Below are positions 47,228 through 60,630 of a DNA stretch of 64,000 nt, in pieces. Source of the stretch: Podarcis liolepis. Lineage: Eukaryota. A program made the translations under genes and the position numbers. Within the stretch, counting starts at the first letter, position 1; every line of letters begins with the position of its first letter. Under the pieces are notes generated by a model. That model did no database searches and was not told where the DNA came from. It saw nothing but the letters and a program-made list of their open reading frames with translations. The DNA lies in NCBI GenBank assembly GCA_965112155.1, contig OZ218098.1; one strand, given 5' to 3'.

Positions 47228-48234
47228 TATACCATTTCAGAGTCTTGAGGGTTTTAAACATGCTTCTGAGACAAGTGCTATCTACCACCTCAAAAGCAAG
47301 TTTACAATGCAATCTTGGGCACATCTACTCAAAAGAATATCAGATCAAGGGAACCAATGCCCGGGGTGAGGGTTATGTGACTACAGTTTCAACTCCAAAC
47401 AATTCAACTTAACTGGTTTATGCTATGGACAGCAGAAGTAGCCAAAGTACATAGCATTATGTAGTCTCCACTACAATAGATCTTGTAACTGGTTATGTAG
47501 TAGTTCTAGAGTGCGTGATGCTGTTCAAAACAATGCACATCTTTCTCTTTGGTTCTTAGAAAAAATCCTGTGGAAACACAGAGGTATAGCCAGCCTCATG
47601 TGTAGCATCTCATTCAGGTACAAATTGGGAGCTATTTTATCCTGTAAATGGGTGTGCAAGTGAAGGGGCCTAATCCAGCTTCCTGTCCCCATGTACTTTG
47701 CCCTCACCCCGCCTCTGACAGAGGGGGGGAAAGCGAGATTAAGATGTAAAATGGGGAGTCAATGAGAGGTTCAACTTTCATCATCTATTGATGTAAAAAT
47801 CAGGTCTATTTGAAAAGAGCAGATACATGAACAACAAATATGGCTTCCCTTATCACATTTAGCATGTCCCACAGCTTATAAAACTCCAGGGAGGTGCTAG
47901 TTTGTGAACATACCTCAAAAAAGCAGAAAGCAGGCACTTAGGCCATCAACAGATAACACAGCTTGGTGATTTTTGTTGGCAGAATAGGGGGGAAAGAAGA
48001 AATTCCATTGAGCTATTAAAAGATTGACAGTGCCAGAGCCCAGCTCTGCGGAGACGTTATCTCGGGAGCCCAGATGCATTATGGGGAATTAAAAACGGGA
48101 AGCCACCCAGGTTCCAGCACTGAGAAGTGCAAGAGGCTGGGTTGACTATATAGCCAGCATTTTATAGACAGTGGGCCCAACCTAATGTCAGGTCTGTACC
48201 TACCCCCAGTCCCCGGGTTATCAATACTGCTTAC

Positions 48235-48333
48235 CTTGAAACGGTTGCACTGCTTTTCCCCGAGCCAGTGGAATTCATACTTCTCCCCTTCTGATGAAAC
48301 TGCAGTCTCTTGTCCTTTGCCAACATGCCGTTA
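48235..48333 (-). CDS. ITPRID2: ITPRID2 exon 6 equivalent (99 nt)
   Basis: [32 protein letters not shown]. Junctions CAG| and |GTAAGC. Confidence 0.95.
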
Positions 48334-49291
48334 CTGACAACACAAATGAATCAGGCATTGAAAGAACAGCATAGCTTCCTTCCTCTTTCAAGAACACTCC
48401 AAAAATCCTATATTGTACCATTTCTCTTTTCTTAAGAATGCACGCCCTTCACTTAGAGCAGACAGCTGCAACGTTCGTACCTCAAGGATCAGAACTCCTC
48501 CAAAACAACAACAACAACAAACCTCACTCTCATCTCTGAGCTTCTGCTGTCTCCATTGTTGGAAGAAGACAAAACCACCCCTAAAGCTTTTGCACTGTTC
48601 AGGGACATTGCTGAATTCAACTTCTTTTCGAAAACAACAACAACATTGTATTTTGAAATACAGAACAAAAGGGGAAAAAGGAAGGGGGTGCATTGCCCTA
48701 CAATATCACCCACTGAAACAAAAAAACCCGAATGACTAATTCGCTGTCTTCAGTATATTATGGGTAAGCTGGTAAGACAATAAGCATAAAATGACTTGTG
48801 GAAAACCTCACCAACTCCTGAAAGAGTCCGGATGTGTAAGTTAAGAAGGGGGAAAATGCTCATCTGTATTTTATGTGATCAAAACCTTCTTTATATTCAA
48901 TATAGAAGTATTCTATGCTGCACTTATGTCTCCTTCCAGCTACTGAATTCAACTGACTGCTTCACATGATGAACGGAACGCCTCCAGTAAGTAATGTAAT
49001 CATGGCACAAACCTCATCTTTAAACCAGACCTTAAAGAAACTCTGTGTTTTTATATTTGGCAGCAAGAGCCCTGTGCCTCTGCTAGGGTTTTTGAATTAA
49101 GATCACTGGATTTCAGTTTATTTTGCTTTAAATTCTGATATTTACTTAATTCAGATTTCAAAAACATTTCCCACAATAAAGGACCTCCTTCAGTAACAAT
49201 CCATTAGATTTTTAAAATGTTTTACATAAATTGCCTGGTAGCTTATCCCCACGCCAGACATGACTCCCAAACCAGAAGTGTGAATATTCAC

Positions 49292-49331
49292 CAGATTTCC
49301 ATTTGCTCGCCGGTTTGATGCAGTTGATTAG
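49292..49331 (-). CDS. ITPRID2: ITPRID2 exon 5 equivalent (40 nt)
   Basis: ANQLHQTGEQMEIC. Strong pyrimidine tract with TAG| and |GTGAAT; phase 1/2 fits both neighbours. Confidence 0.85.
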
Positions 49332-50379
49332 CTAAAGGAGAAAGACAGGAAAAATAAATTGTTGGCACCAGACTATATGCAGTCACCCAAAGAACAATAG
49401 CCACTTGATAGGCAATGACAAATTCTGCTGTAGTTTTTTTCAGCATATATGCTATGAACACATCTTGTGTAACATCTGCAGTAGACTATACAAATCAGGT
49501 TAGAATCAGGAGCATGGCGGTTGCGCACGAGCTTTTTCCAAGACCTATTTAAGACTATGCTCCAATACCAATGTATAACAAAGAAAGTGAACTGGCAGAG
49601 CAAGGACATTTGTTTCATAATGGCTGCTATGAGATAGCAGCAGCAGCCCTTTATGTGCAAAATACAACTGAGCATGGGTACAAGAGAGCCCATAAACCTA
49701 GGAGATTCCTGGGCACAGTATATTGAGGATGACAGGTTGCCTTAAATTCAATTGTCAGTTCCTGCATGGTTCAGATCTGCTCTGCATAACTCTCAACCTC
49801 CACAATAGCAAAAGCTTCCATTAGTCCGCTTAACACATGACACCTGCAGAGCCACTGGATCTTGGGTACAAAATGTCAGCTGTGGGAAGCAGCTGCCATC
49901 CCTGCCTATGGTACAGCTATTCTTCTTCCCATCACCCTCCTGTGACAGCATCCAATCAAACATAATTTTGTGTAATCATTTGCACAGGTGCACACACAAA
50001 ATCTGCAAAAAAACCCACAAGCAACCAACCCCAAACCCTAGACTTAACCAATGTCAATAATGAGATGAACATACGTATCTGATTTTTGAGTTCAGAGACC
50101 GATCTGTAGCTATACCAACAGATCTTTAAAAGGACTTTTCATGTTTTTCCAATCATCCTCTTTCTCTCTATTTGTCAACCAATGTAGCCCATGTAGTTAG
50201 GGATGAAGAATCTATCGACTTGAGATGTCCTTGGACTTTGACTCGAAGCAATCTCAATGCTCACATGTGAGTGCTGTAGTTCAGCAAATCTTGCACTACA
50301 CATGGTTTTGCTTTTAACAAGCTGCTTGATTTTGATTTGGGGAGCAGGGAACAAGCATGCATTTTAACACCACACCTAC

Positions 50380-50436
50380 CTTCGGCTCCCAGGGATAAAT
50401 CATCTTCAAAGCTTCCTCCATTTCTCACCAGCATGC
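50380..50436 (-). CDS. ITPRID2: ITPRID2 exon 4 equivalent (57 nt)
   Basis: GMLVRNGGSFEDDLSLGAE. Junctions CAG| and |GTAGGT. Confidence 0.95.
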
Positions 50437-50835
50437 CTGAAAAGATGCCAATTTGAAGTGATCAACATCTAGCGTTGTGGTTTCCCCTTCCAGTTATCTG
50501 GATTGCCCACTTAAAACCAAAGCACCAAATGACAGCCATGCATATAAAATCCTTGTTCTTGAAAGCCAAATTTGAGCTCTCCAAGCTCAAATCTGGGGAC
50601 CAGACCAGTGCTCTGCAGTCTCAGTCTCCTTCAAGGTGAGATATGTTGTTGTTTTCAATGCAGAGAGCAGGTCTTACAACAGACACAAAAGATGCATTAA
50701 GGTAACTTCCATAGAGCTCCATGCCCAAGCTAAAGAAAATGGCCATTTCAGAGCCATGAGTACCACACACCTTTGGTTACAGCTGCACCGCATATAACAC
50801 AGAATGCATCTTAAGCAAGCCTGCAGGTCTCTTAC

Positions 50836-50875
50836 CAAGGAGTCTCAAGCCAAGGAAACGTCCTGGATCAAACAT
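50836..50875 (-). CDS. Candidate alternative first coding exon of ITPRID2
   Basis: ATG TTT GAT CCA GGA CGT TTC CTT GGC TTG AGA CTC CTT G|GTAAGA. The phase-1 donor is in frame with exon 4. Confidence 0.4.
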
Positions 50876-51103
50876 TCCCTGTCTCCCTTGCGCATTGAAA
50901 GAAAGGAGCAGCAACTACTGAAAGGGCTTCGGAGCTTCCCTGTCGCTACCTGCAGCGTCTTGTTGTACTTTGAACTTTTGCATTCTGGTTTGCGCAAGTG
51001 GTAACTTTTCAGGTGTGGCAAGTTCGGTCGGAGCAAGCCAACAGAGATTGTGCTGAAAGGGGTTGACCTACTTCTCAGTGTAATACTTAATATTCATTCT
51101 CTG

Positions 51104-51106
<3 letters not shown>

Positions 51107-51155
<49 letters not shown>

Positions 51156-51162
51156 TCTCTCT
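51107..51162. repeat. (CT)n microsatellite
   Basis: Long CT run. Other simple repeats are (CA)n at ~40241 and ~51565, (TATG)n at ~37146 and (AAT)n at ~10113. Confidence 0.95.
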
Positions 51163-51393
51163 CACACAAACAGCACAGCTTATCTTTATCACAAGAGAAA
51201 TATTGCTTAAGAGTTCCTTCAGTTAAAAAAAAAATTGCAGCTCCATTTGTCTCCTCTGCTTTCAGGCTTGCAGAAGCCCGCTCAACAACTTCTAACACTG
51301 TCAGCTCAAACCTACATTTGAATTAGGATTTTTTTTTTGTCTAACAAACAAGCAGGAAAACAGAAATGCACTTAAAAGGCCTCGGATCCTTAC

Positions 51394-51443
51394 CCTTTAG
51401 AACTGTGTTGCTCTGCTCATCCAGGGAGGCTCCCAATGGCGTT
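51394..51443 (-). CDS. ITPRID2: ITPRID2 exon 3 equivalent (50 nt; first exon found in window)
   Basis: RTPLGASLDEQSNTVLKG. Junctions CAG| and |GTAAGG. Confidence 0.93.
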
Positions 51444-51562
51444 CTGAAACCACAGAAGAGATTAAAACATGCATGGCTGTCTTTTAAAAGTTGCTTCTTC
51501 ATGTCCTTCCTTAAAGCCACACTTCTTTCACATCCGTCCCCTCCTCTTCCCGAAAATGTGCG

Positions 51563-51598
<36 letters not shown>

Positions 51599-54310
51599 TG
51601 CAAAGCAAGCTTTGAGGAAACCAGCCCCTAACCAGGCACCAGTTTGTGAAAAGGCTGTTTAATCAAATTGATACAGCTGCCAACTTAACAGACTGCTCCG
51701 ATGCAGGAAGTAAGCTCTGTGGGACTTTATTCCCAAATGACTGAGCATAAGATTGTCCGTGCTGCCGTAAGTGTACATGAACATTAACGTGATTAATTAG
51801 TCTGTCAAAAGAAAAAGGAAAAAAAAACTTTCTTTATTATCATCTTTAGCATTAATGCGTGAGTAAAGGAGACAGACCTACAGCACTATACTTAATTGAA
51901 ATTCATTCTGCACTTTAAACATTTCTCATCCATATAGCCAATGCTAAAAGTATGGGCATAATAGCCCCCTCCTCTCCCACAAACATACATACATTTCTGC
52001 TTGGCTAAAAGCAGAGTACGATCTATGATTGTTTCAGACACTCTCTTCTTTTTATCTTCTCTCAGCCCAATTTAGGCTGCAATCTGAAACCACTTTAGCG
52101 CGAGTTTAAAGTCCCACTGATCTTTGTGGGATGGGCTGCCAAGGAAATACTTACAGTATTTCACAGTATCATTACATGCTGTTAGTAGAGCTTCCAGCTG
52201 CCTGCCAAAAGGTTATGCCAGGACTTCTTTAAAAACTCAAAAGCAACGCAGCCAGCTGTAGGCACCCAGGATCTCACACTCTGCTGCTCCAACTGCCCTG
52301 CTGTAGCACACAATTTTTTACTTTTGACCCACAAAAGGTAGGGCAGGTGAGAAAATGCAACAGCTGCACCCTCATCCTTTTGCCTTTGGAACTTTTAAAG
52401 GGGCAGGTACAATTTCAGGGTCGGGTTATTAGCACCAACCTCTGACCATTTGGGGCTTTCACAGCTGGAGTACTAGCCAGCTTCTTTCTCTGCAAAACCC
52501 CACCAGCACCACCTCTGATAAATCTTGGAACGCTTGTATATCAAAGGGTGAAGGTTCAGAGGAAGGAGGAAGACTTTCCTCTGCTAAACATTTTCAAGTG
52601 ATGGCCTTTCAAAAGCTTGGGTTTAAACAACTGTGCTTATTGTTTACACCACGGGCTTTTAATGGCCCTTTTAAAATTCTTCTCCTCTGCTTCAGGCCAC
52701 TTCTGAGCATCTTGCTGTGCTCCCAGATCCTTTCGAGGCTGTTGCCAACGATACACACATCAGCTGCTAGCACAAAGCAGTAAATGAACAGCAAGGCTGG
52801 CGCTACAAGAGCTAACCCTTCACCTCTATAGCCGATTAACAGCTACCAGTGAAACAGCTTCGTCAAGGCAGCCCCGCCACTTGCATTTTCTACATACAAG
52901 ACGTCATGACAATTTAGCCCACTACAGCGATAGCCTGGGAGGGGAAGAGAGATGCTTGTGTTTGAACATAGGGCAACAGATCTGCACAATGTATGAAGCC
53001 CTTTAGGGTGCAACTGAAGAGCAAACTGGGACAGTTGGAAAGAAACTATTTTGCGGCAGCAAGACCTCCTGAGTTGGCCGAGTCTGTTTGGAAGTGTACG
53101 ATAATGCTAAACAGGAAGCTTGGGTTCTGGACGGAGGCCGCAGATATCTTGCATGCATTCAAAAGAATTTGTCAGGCAGGCACAGGAAAGACAGAACAGA
53201 GAAAAAGACTTCCTTTGCAGTTGGGTTAAGCAAGTGCTTTGGGGTGGCGATTGCAAAATGGAAACACAGCTAAAAATGAAAACTAAAATAAGGATCTTCG
53301 ACACTACAATCCTCAACATCTCCTATACCATATTTATCTGCCATGCAGAGATCTTGTTCGATGTTGTTGTGCTGGCACAACAGGTGTTATACTGGAGGAG
53401 GGGCAGAAGGCAGACCAGGGTCTCCTAGTAGATTTCTAAAGGATTTGCAGTAGGTTGTCATGGATTTCTGACTCCCAACTGTCTAACAATAGCAGCAGCA
53501 AAAAGGCAGACCTCTCTCTATCCTGAATTAGGCTGCTGAAACAAAGTATTGGGGAGTGAGGAGGAACCCAGAATGGATCTTTATCCTAGGCTAGAGGTAC
53601 CCTGCCTTTAATTCTCAGTGTTTGTCCACAGTCACTATTCTGCACTGAGGTCTGGTTCCAGTAAAAAGAAAAAAAAAATAGATCCCATAAGCCTAAAGTT
53701 TGCCCATCCCTAATATACACTAACTAGCAGACACAGGCAGTAAGAGCAAAACCATGAGCTTCTGTTGACAGGGACGTTTCTCACTAGCTTTTCAGAATGC
53801 TAGAGGTCTCTCCAGCTACCATATCTGTGGAGCTTTGACAATACACAATGCCTAAATGTCACAGTTTCCCATCCATAAAATGGGGACAGCCACAATGCAC
53901 CATTTAGGTTTCATGGAAACAAATTAGAAACCAAAAACCTTGAAGCCTTTGGCTCATGAGAATAGCTATACAAAATATTGCTCTGTTCTAAAAAGCAAAC
54001 CAACCAAGGTTGTGCGAAAAGAAAATCCCTGTCTAGCCAGCTTATCAACTTATTCTAGCCGTTTTAGCACCTCTTTGCTTTCCTTGAAGCTCCATCTTCC
54101 AAACAGCCTTGCAAATACCCTAGCCCTCAAGGGAATGCATACCAAAGCAACTTACTTGTGGCATATGAACCATCTGGGGGAGAAGATAAAGAGTGAATAT
54201 GAACCTTGTGGAGGTGGTATGGGGGAGAGAGAGAGAGAGGACACCCATCTCCATTCCATTTGCAATCTTCATTTGCACTCTATAGCTGCCACAGGGGAAG
54301 AGTGCAACTA

Positions 54311-54753
54311 CCGTATTTTTCGCTCTATAAGACGCACCCGACCATAAGACACACCTAGTTTTTAGAGGAGGAAAACAAGAAAGCAATGCAAAGCCTCTTG
54401 AGCGAAGAGGCAGGAGCACTCCCACTGTGCTCAAGAGGCTTTGCGTGGCTATCCTGGAAGCCAGAAGAGCAAGAGGGATCGCTGCGCACTGATCCCTCTT
54501 GCTCTTCTGGCTTCGGGGATAGCTACGCAGCCTCTTCAGGGCAGTGGGATGAAGGCTCCCTGCTGCCCTGAAGAGGCTGTGTGCAGCTAAGCCAGAAGCT
54601 AGAACAGCGAGAGGGAGCACTGTGCAGCAATCCCTCTTGCTCTTCTGGCTTCAGCGATAGCTGCGCAGCCTGCATTCGCTCCATAAGATGCACACACATT
54701 TCCCCTTACTTTTTAGGAGGGGGAAAGTGCGTCTTATAGAGCGAAAAATACAG
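54311..54753. mobile_element. Tc1/pogo-superfamily MITE built of serial hairpins
   Basis: TA-CCGTATTTTTCGCTCTATAAGACGCAC...GTGCGTCTTATAGAGCGAAAAATACAG, with four internal stem-loops. Confidence 0.85.
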
Positions 54754-56493
54754 TGCTTGCATGGTGAACAGCTGAACAGCTACAAGGCAGGCAAAGGTAA
54801 CCAAGTCCTCCTTTCATCATCACCACATCTCCACTGCAGGGAGACATGAACATTTCTAGCTGTTGAACAGCTCCAAAAAGGAGAGCCCACCACGACCACC
54901 AGCCTCTTCAAGCCCTTCTATTTCAGAAAGCTCTAGAAAGGGGTGTGCCCCAGGGCGTCTGTTTTTAAATGAAAGAAAGCATCAAACTCAGGAGGGTCAC
55001 CCAAGCAATACATCAACGCAGCACATTTCCAGAAAGCTAACTCATCTACCAGGCTCCAGTTAAGACGTCAAAGCTGTTCTCTCTTCTCAGGCATTTTGCA
55101 AACTCCCTATCAATCAAACCAAAAGGTGCTTTCTTCTCCCCCACCAATGAATGAATATTCACCTTACAGCGTGATGTTTACCCCAAAGTAGGTATTGCCC
55201 TGTTTTTGTGGCCAACCACAAGTGACTGGGGAAAAACTAGCCCCTGGGATCTGTGGGCACACACAAACAAGGAAATCCTCTACCCTAAGCTTAAGCTGAT
55301 TCTTATTGTCTGAACTTGAGTGTGTGTGCTGTTTATTTTTAAAAGAATTAGTCTTTCCCTGCTGGCTAAATACTGCCCGCTTACATTTCAGGGGCGACGT
55401 TTTTGCACAACATCCCAGAAAAGAAGTTCCTTGTTAAAACCACCAGCCTTTTCCCAATTTTCTGGAAAGATGACTTTTCAAACTGTTGGCTGTCTACAAC
55501 AGCAGTACATATTTAGGAAACAAGAACAAAAAAAGGGGTGTGTGTGCCCAGCCCAGATATCAATACAAGGAAGAACATTGTAAACGTATTTATTTATTTA
55601 TTTTAAAAAAGAGGCCCAATTTTCTCAGATTTCCCACAGAAAAACAGCAGTGTAATTCCCAAACTAACCTCCTGGTGGAAGGAGTGAGGAATCTGGTACC
55701 CTCTCATCACCGCTGACTATTGGCCATGCTGGCTGAATTATCTGAATGGCCACAGGTTGCTCACACCTGCATTACGGAGTCACTGGCTCCCATTCACTTC
55801 ACACAGCATTATTTTACTAGAAAAAGAGGTGACAGAACTCCCCGTGAACACCCCACCCCCGTGTTCTCTTATAATGGCAATGGCATCCACCTGAGAGGTG
55901 CTGTAACCGGGTTCTGGCAAGTTCCGGCTGAAAAAAGGCCCTGACTTCACCAATACCTACTTGAACAAGAGCACCACAGTTGATGCAAAACAGAAAACTT
56001 GCGTTTTGGAAAACAAAGACACCCATGCAAACCGTAGAACAATTCACAGATTTGTTTGTTGGGATAAGCTTTCTTTAAATAAGCGAACACCCCCACCTTC
56101 TCTTTACCTCAGCAGCCAAAGACAAGCAGAGCAAACCCATTAAGACTGTCCATCTTTTGGCGCAGTTGTAGCTTCAAACGACAAGGATGTAACTAGGATG
56201 GGCAGCATTTGGTGGGAAAGGCAAGGTGCAAATTTCAGAAATCAACTGGATGATTTAAGGCAATGCTACGTTTGTTTACTTGGAAGCATGTCAACGTTAG
56301 AAACTCAGATATAGAAGCTAGGCGCCAAATGGCTCCTTAAACCATGGTTACAGTCGCCAAAACAGAATTCCTAGTTGCTATTTTTGGGCCAGACGGCTCA
56401 AAAGTTGTATTTTAGCATGTGAGTTTTTGGTTCCTGAAATTCATTCTGATTGTGCAGATAAAATATAATGGATAGAATTCTACAGGATGTGTT

Positions 56494-56814
56494 CAGTGGC
56501 GAAGCTGCACGCTCCGCTACTGCGAGAAGAGAGCAGGCGGGGGCGTGGCTGGTGCCCCCGGGGGCATGGTGCACATCCTGGGGGCGTGGCGTGCCGCCCA
56601 CAGGGGCATGGCACGTATCCCAGGGGCATGGTATGCCACCCGTGAGGGCATGGTGTGCGTTCTAGGGGTGTGACATGCTGCCTGTGGGAGCATGGTGCCC
56701 GGCACATGGGGGGTGCGCAGCGCATGTCCGGGGGGGCTGCCGCGATGGCACCCTACCGGAATAGTGGTGCCGGGGGCAGTCTGCTCCCTCCGCACACCCG
56801 TTCCTCTGCCAGTA
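56494..56814. mobile_element. hAT MITE with GC-rich internal tandem repeats
   Basis: 8-bp TSD GATGTGTT on both sides, a CAGTGGCG terminus and ~21-bp GGGGCATGG repeats. Confidence 0.75.
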
Positions 56815-56940
56815 GATGTGTTGCTAGAGTGTTAAGGCAATCAAGATCCAAGGATCCCCAGACATGCACCTCCAGATGGTGGAGACGTCAGGCACCATTC
56901 TGGAGCCCAGGCATCTTCACCTAGGTTGTAACTGGCCGAT

Positions 56941-57272
56941 AAAGGTAAAGGGACCCCTGACCACTAGGTCCAGTTGTGACTGACTCTGGGCTTGCGGCGC
57001 TTATCTTGCTTTACTGGCCGAGGGAGCCGGCATACAGCTTCTGGGTCATGTGGCCAGCATGACTAAGCCGCTTCTGGCGAACCAGAGCAGCGCATGGAAA
57101 CGCTGTTTACCTTCCCGCCGGAGCGGTTCCTATTTATCTACTTGGACTTTTGACGTGCTTTCGAACTGCAAAGTTGGCAGGAGCAGGGACCGAGCAACGG
57201 GAGCTCACCCCGTTGCAGGGATTCGAACCGCCGACCTTCTGATCGGCAAGTCCTAGGCTCTGTGGTTTAACC
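56941..57272 (-). mobile_element. Sauria SINE (slightly 5' truncated)
   Basis: Family consensus in reverse orientation. Confidence 0.9.
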
Positions 57273-58632
57273 AATAGCCAGGTGCAAAATACACCTGGTA
57301 AATTTTGAATGCTGTGCATGCCCCCTGGGACTTACACCTAAGCAAGTGGACACATGACAGCCACCTTAACCGTGCTTCAAATTCCAAGGGAATAAATGAG
57401 ATTTAAGAATGCTAAATTTCAGCGGGTTGGACCCCCTCAACCTTGTAAACACACAATTGTCTTCATTTAGCTAAACTAACAGCTCAGTCCTATATAGCGT
57501 TACATTATACAAGCCAATTGACACCAGGAGGTTGACACGTAGCTAACTCTGCACAAGAGCACACCGTACTATTTTTTTAAAACTGGACATTAGCAGTAGT
57601 GACACACCACAGATGGGCTGTTGCAATACTAAAATGCATTTACATTTAAAATGCATTTACATTTACCACAACACTGGAGTCCCAGTCCTAAAATGCTCAA
57701 ATCAGTTATCTCTGGGTTCCTACATCCATCTGAGGATCTTTAGCGCAAAGTCCTAAAACAGATAGAAGTTACTTTAAAAGTTAAAACTCGTCCAGTCATG
57801 ATCAACATTTCTCAAGAGGAAAAAGATTTAGACTAGGGAATCCCGCCCCCACCACAACCCAGAGTCATTCAGAAGACTTAAAATAAATGTTGAAACATGG
57901 CAAGATGTTAAATATAGAATTGCAAGTTCCACCCCACCATTTGCAGGCCCTTGCTCCACCACAGGCAAAAGTGTGTCAGGCAATGTTTTCCCTTCCCCTT
58001 GGCTCCTTTTGTGCTGAGGAATCTAAACATGTTGAACTTCTACCTGTCACGCAGCTGTTCAAAGAAGCCCACACAACTTGCAGCCCACCCAGGGTGTGTT
58101 GTGACTTGCCAAGTGCTCAGCAACTGCCTTTTTTCTTGTTTTTCTGCCGTCAGTCCAAAAAGCAGGAAAAACAGGTTTATCAAACCCCTGGAAGGCCAAC
58201 ACATAGATGATTACGTTGGCCTGAAAGGTCACGATTTGGGTAGGTAGGACGGAAGCCCAGCTCAAAACACAGAAACAAACAGTGAGAAGCCCTCTTTCAA
58301 AATATAAAGGCAAGAGTGGTTACAGTGACCAGATGCAAAAGAACAAGTCTCGCTGTCCATGTAAGAACTACGCAAGAGACATTTCAGGGTGCTTAGTCTT
58401 TCTCATCCCTGCATGGCAAGCTATGCTATCCTCCACAGGTATCTAGCCAGCCTACCAATATGTCTCCTGTAACAGGGCCTGGGGGAGGGCAGCCTAATCC
58501 TATGAGCATTTACTCAGAAGTTCCACTGGGTTCAAAGTGACCAACTGCCAAGCATGGGTGCACAGGGCAAACACTGCCTAGGCTATCTCACTACTATGCA
58601 GATCTCTCATGCCCTTTGCGCAATAAGACTCC

Positions 58633-59172
58633 ATAGAATCATAGAATCATAGAGTTGGAAGACACCACAAGGGCCATCAAGTCCAACCCCCTGCCAAGCA
58701 GGAAACACCATCAGAGCACTCCTGACATATGGTTGTCAAGCCTCTGCTTAAAGACCTCCAAAGAAGGAGACTCCACCACACTCCTGGGCAGCAAATTCCA
58801 CTGTCGAACAGCTCTTACTGTCAGGAAGTTCTTCCTAATGTTTAGGTGGAATCTTCTTTCTTGTAGTTTGGATCTATTGCTCCGTGTCCGCTTCTCTGGA
58901 GCAGCAGAAAACAACCTTTCTCCCTCCTCTATGTGACATCCTTTTATATATTTGAACATGGCTATCATATCACCCCTTAACCTCCTCTTCTCCAGGCTAA
59001 ACAGCTCCCTTAGCCATTCCTCATAAGGCATCGTTCCCAGGCCTTTGACCATTTTGGTTGCCCTCCTCTGGACACGTTCCAGTTTGTCAGTGTCCTTCTT
59101 GAACTGTGGTGCCCAGAACTGGCAGGTGAGGTCTGACCAGAGCAGAATACAGAATACTATTACTTCCCTTGA
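58633..59172 (-). mobile_element. CR1 LINE 3' fragment
   Basis: (ATTCTATG)n tail. ORF2 C-terminus LFSLEKRRLRGDMIAMFKY...WNLLPRSVVESPSLEVFKQRLD. Confidence 0.93.
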
Positions 59173-59174
59173 TC

Positions 59175-60630
59175 TAGAGAGTTGAAAGGGGCCCGAAGGT
59201 CATCTAGTCCAACCCCCTGCAATGTAGGAAACTCAGCTAAATCATCCATGAGCAACCTCTGCTTTAAAACCTCCAAGGAAGGAGAGTCCACCACCTCTCG
59301 TGGGAGTCTGTTCCACTGCCGAACAGCTTTTACTGTCAGAAAGTTTTTCCAAATGTTTCGTCAGAATCTCCTTTCTTGCAACTTAAAGCCATTGGTTTGA
59401 GTCCTACGTCCAGAACAGGAGAAAACAAGCATGCTCCCCCCCTCCATGTGACAGCCCTTAAGATATTGGAAGATGCCTATCATACCTCCTCTCAGTCTCC
59501 TCTTTTCCTGGCTAAACATACCCAGCTCCTCATAAGGCTTAGTTTCCAATCCCCTGATCATCTTGGTTGCACACATTCCAGCTTGTCAACATCCTTCCTA
59601 AATTGTGGTGCCCAGAATTGGACACAGTATTCCAAGTGTGGTCCCATGTACTGCTAGCAAGCCAGGTGTCCCCCATCCTGCATTTGTGCATCTGGTTCTT
59701 CCTGCCCAAGTACAGAACCTTACATTTGTTCCTATTGAAATTCATTTTGTTAGCTTGTGCCCAGTTCTCCAATCTGTGAAGGTCATTTTGAATTCTGATT
59801 CTGTCTTCTGCGGCATTAGCTGCCCCTCCCAGTTTGGTGTCATCTGCAAATTTGATGAGCATCCCCTCAATTCCTTCATCCAAGTCATTTATAAAGACGT
59901 TAAACAACAACGGACCCAGGAGAACATGATCACTTCCTCCCGAGTTTCCGAGTACTTCCACTTCATTAATCAGTTCCTCCCTATTGGTGAGGACCAGGTC
60001 CAAGATAGATGACCCCCTTGTTGGTTCTTCCATCTTCTGGGAAATGAAATTGTCTGTGGCGCAATAGAGGAATTTGTCAGACCTTACACTCTTGGCAGAG
60101 TCTGAGTCCCAACAGATATCGGGGATGTTGAAGTCCCCCATGATTACTATTTCTCTCCTTTCTTAATGTTTGGTAATCTGCTCTAGTAAGGCATCAGCCA
60201 AGTCTTCAATCTGACTTGGCGGCCTATAGCAGACACCCACAGTAAGGTCACTGTTGCATCTCTCTCCTACCATTTTTACCCATATACAGTGGTACCTCTG
60301 GATGCAAAAAGGATCCTTTCCCGTAGCCCTGTTCGCATCCTGAAGCGAACGCAGCCTGCATCTGTGCATGCGCAGGTCACGATTCGCTGCTTCCACACAT
60401 GCGAGTGGCGTCATTTTGAGTGTCTGTGCAAGTGGCAAAACCCGGAAGTAACGCATTCCATTACTTCCGGGTCGCCACTGAGCGTAACCTGAAAACACTC
60501 AACCCAAAGCTACTTCAGCCCGAGGTATGACTGTATTCTCAATCCACTTTTCATTCTCCAGGTCATGGATTTCATCACAAGTGAAGACATCCTTTAAGTA
60601 CAACGCTACTACTCCTCCCTTCCTGTTTGG
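59175..60630 (-). mobile_element. Second CR1 LINE, internally deleted (endonuclease fused to late RT)
   Basis: Endonuclease motifs VGVCYRPP, MGDFN, LDLVL and SDH are joined directly to RT motifs LGPLLF and KFADDTKL. Confidence 0.9.
60287..60533. mobile_element. Tigger-like MITE nested in the CR1 endonuclease region
   Basis: TA-CAGTGGTACCTC...GAGGTATGACTG-TA. Confidence 0.8.

Noticed and set aside
7828-57272. tRNA genes suggested by A/B-box motifs, and recurrent ORFs such as GHVASMTKPLL
   Set aside because: These are SINE heads and translations of the Sauria SINE consensus, not complete cloverleaves or real proteins.
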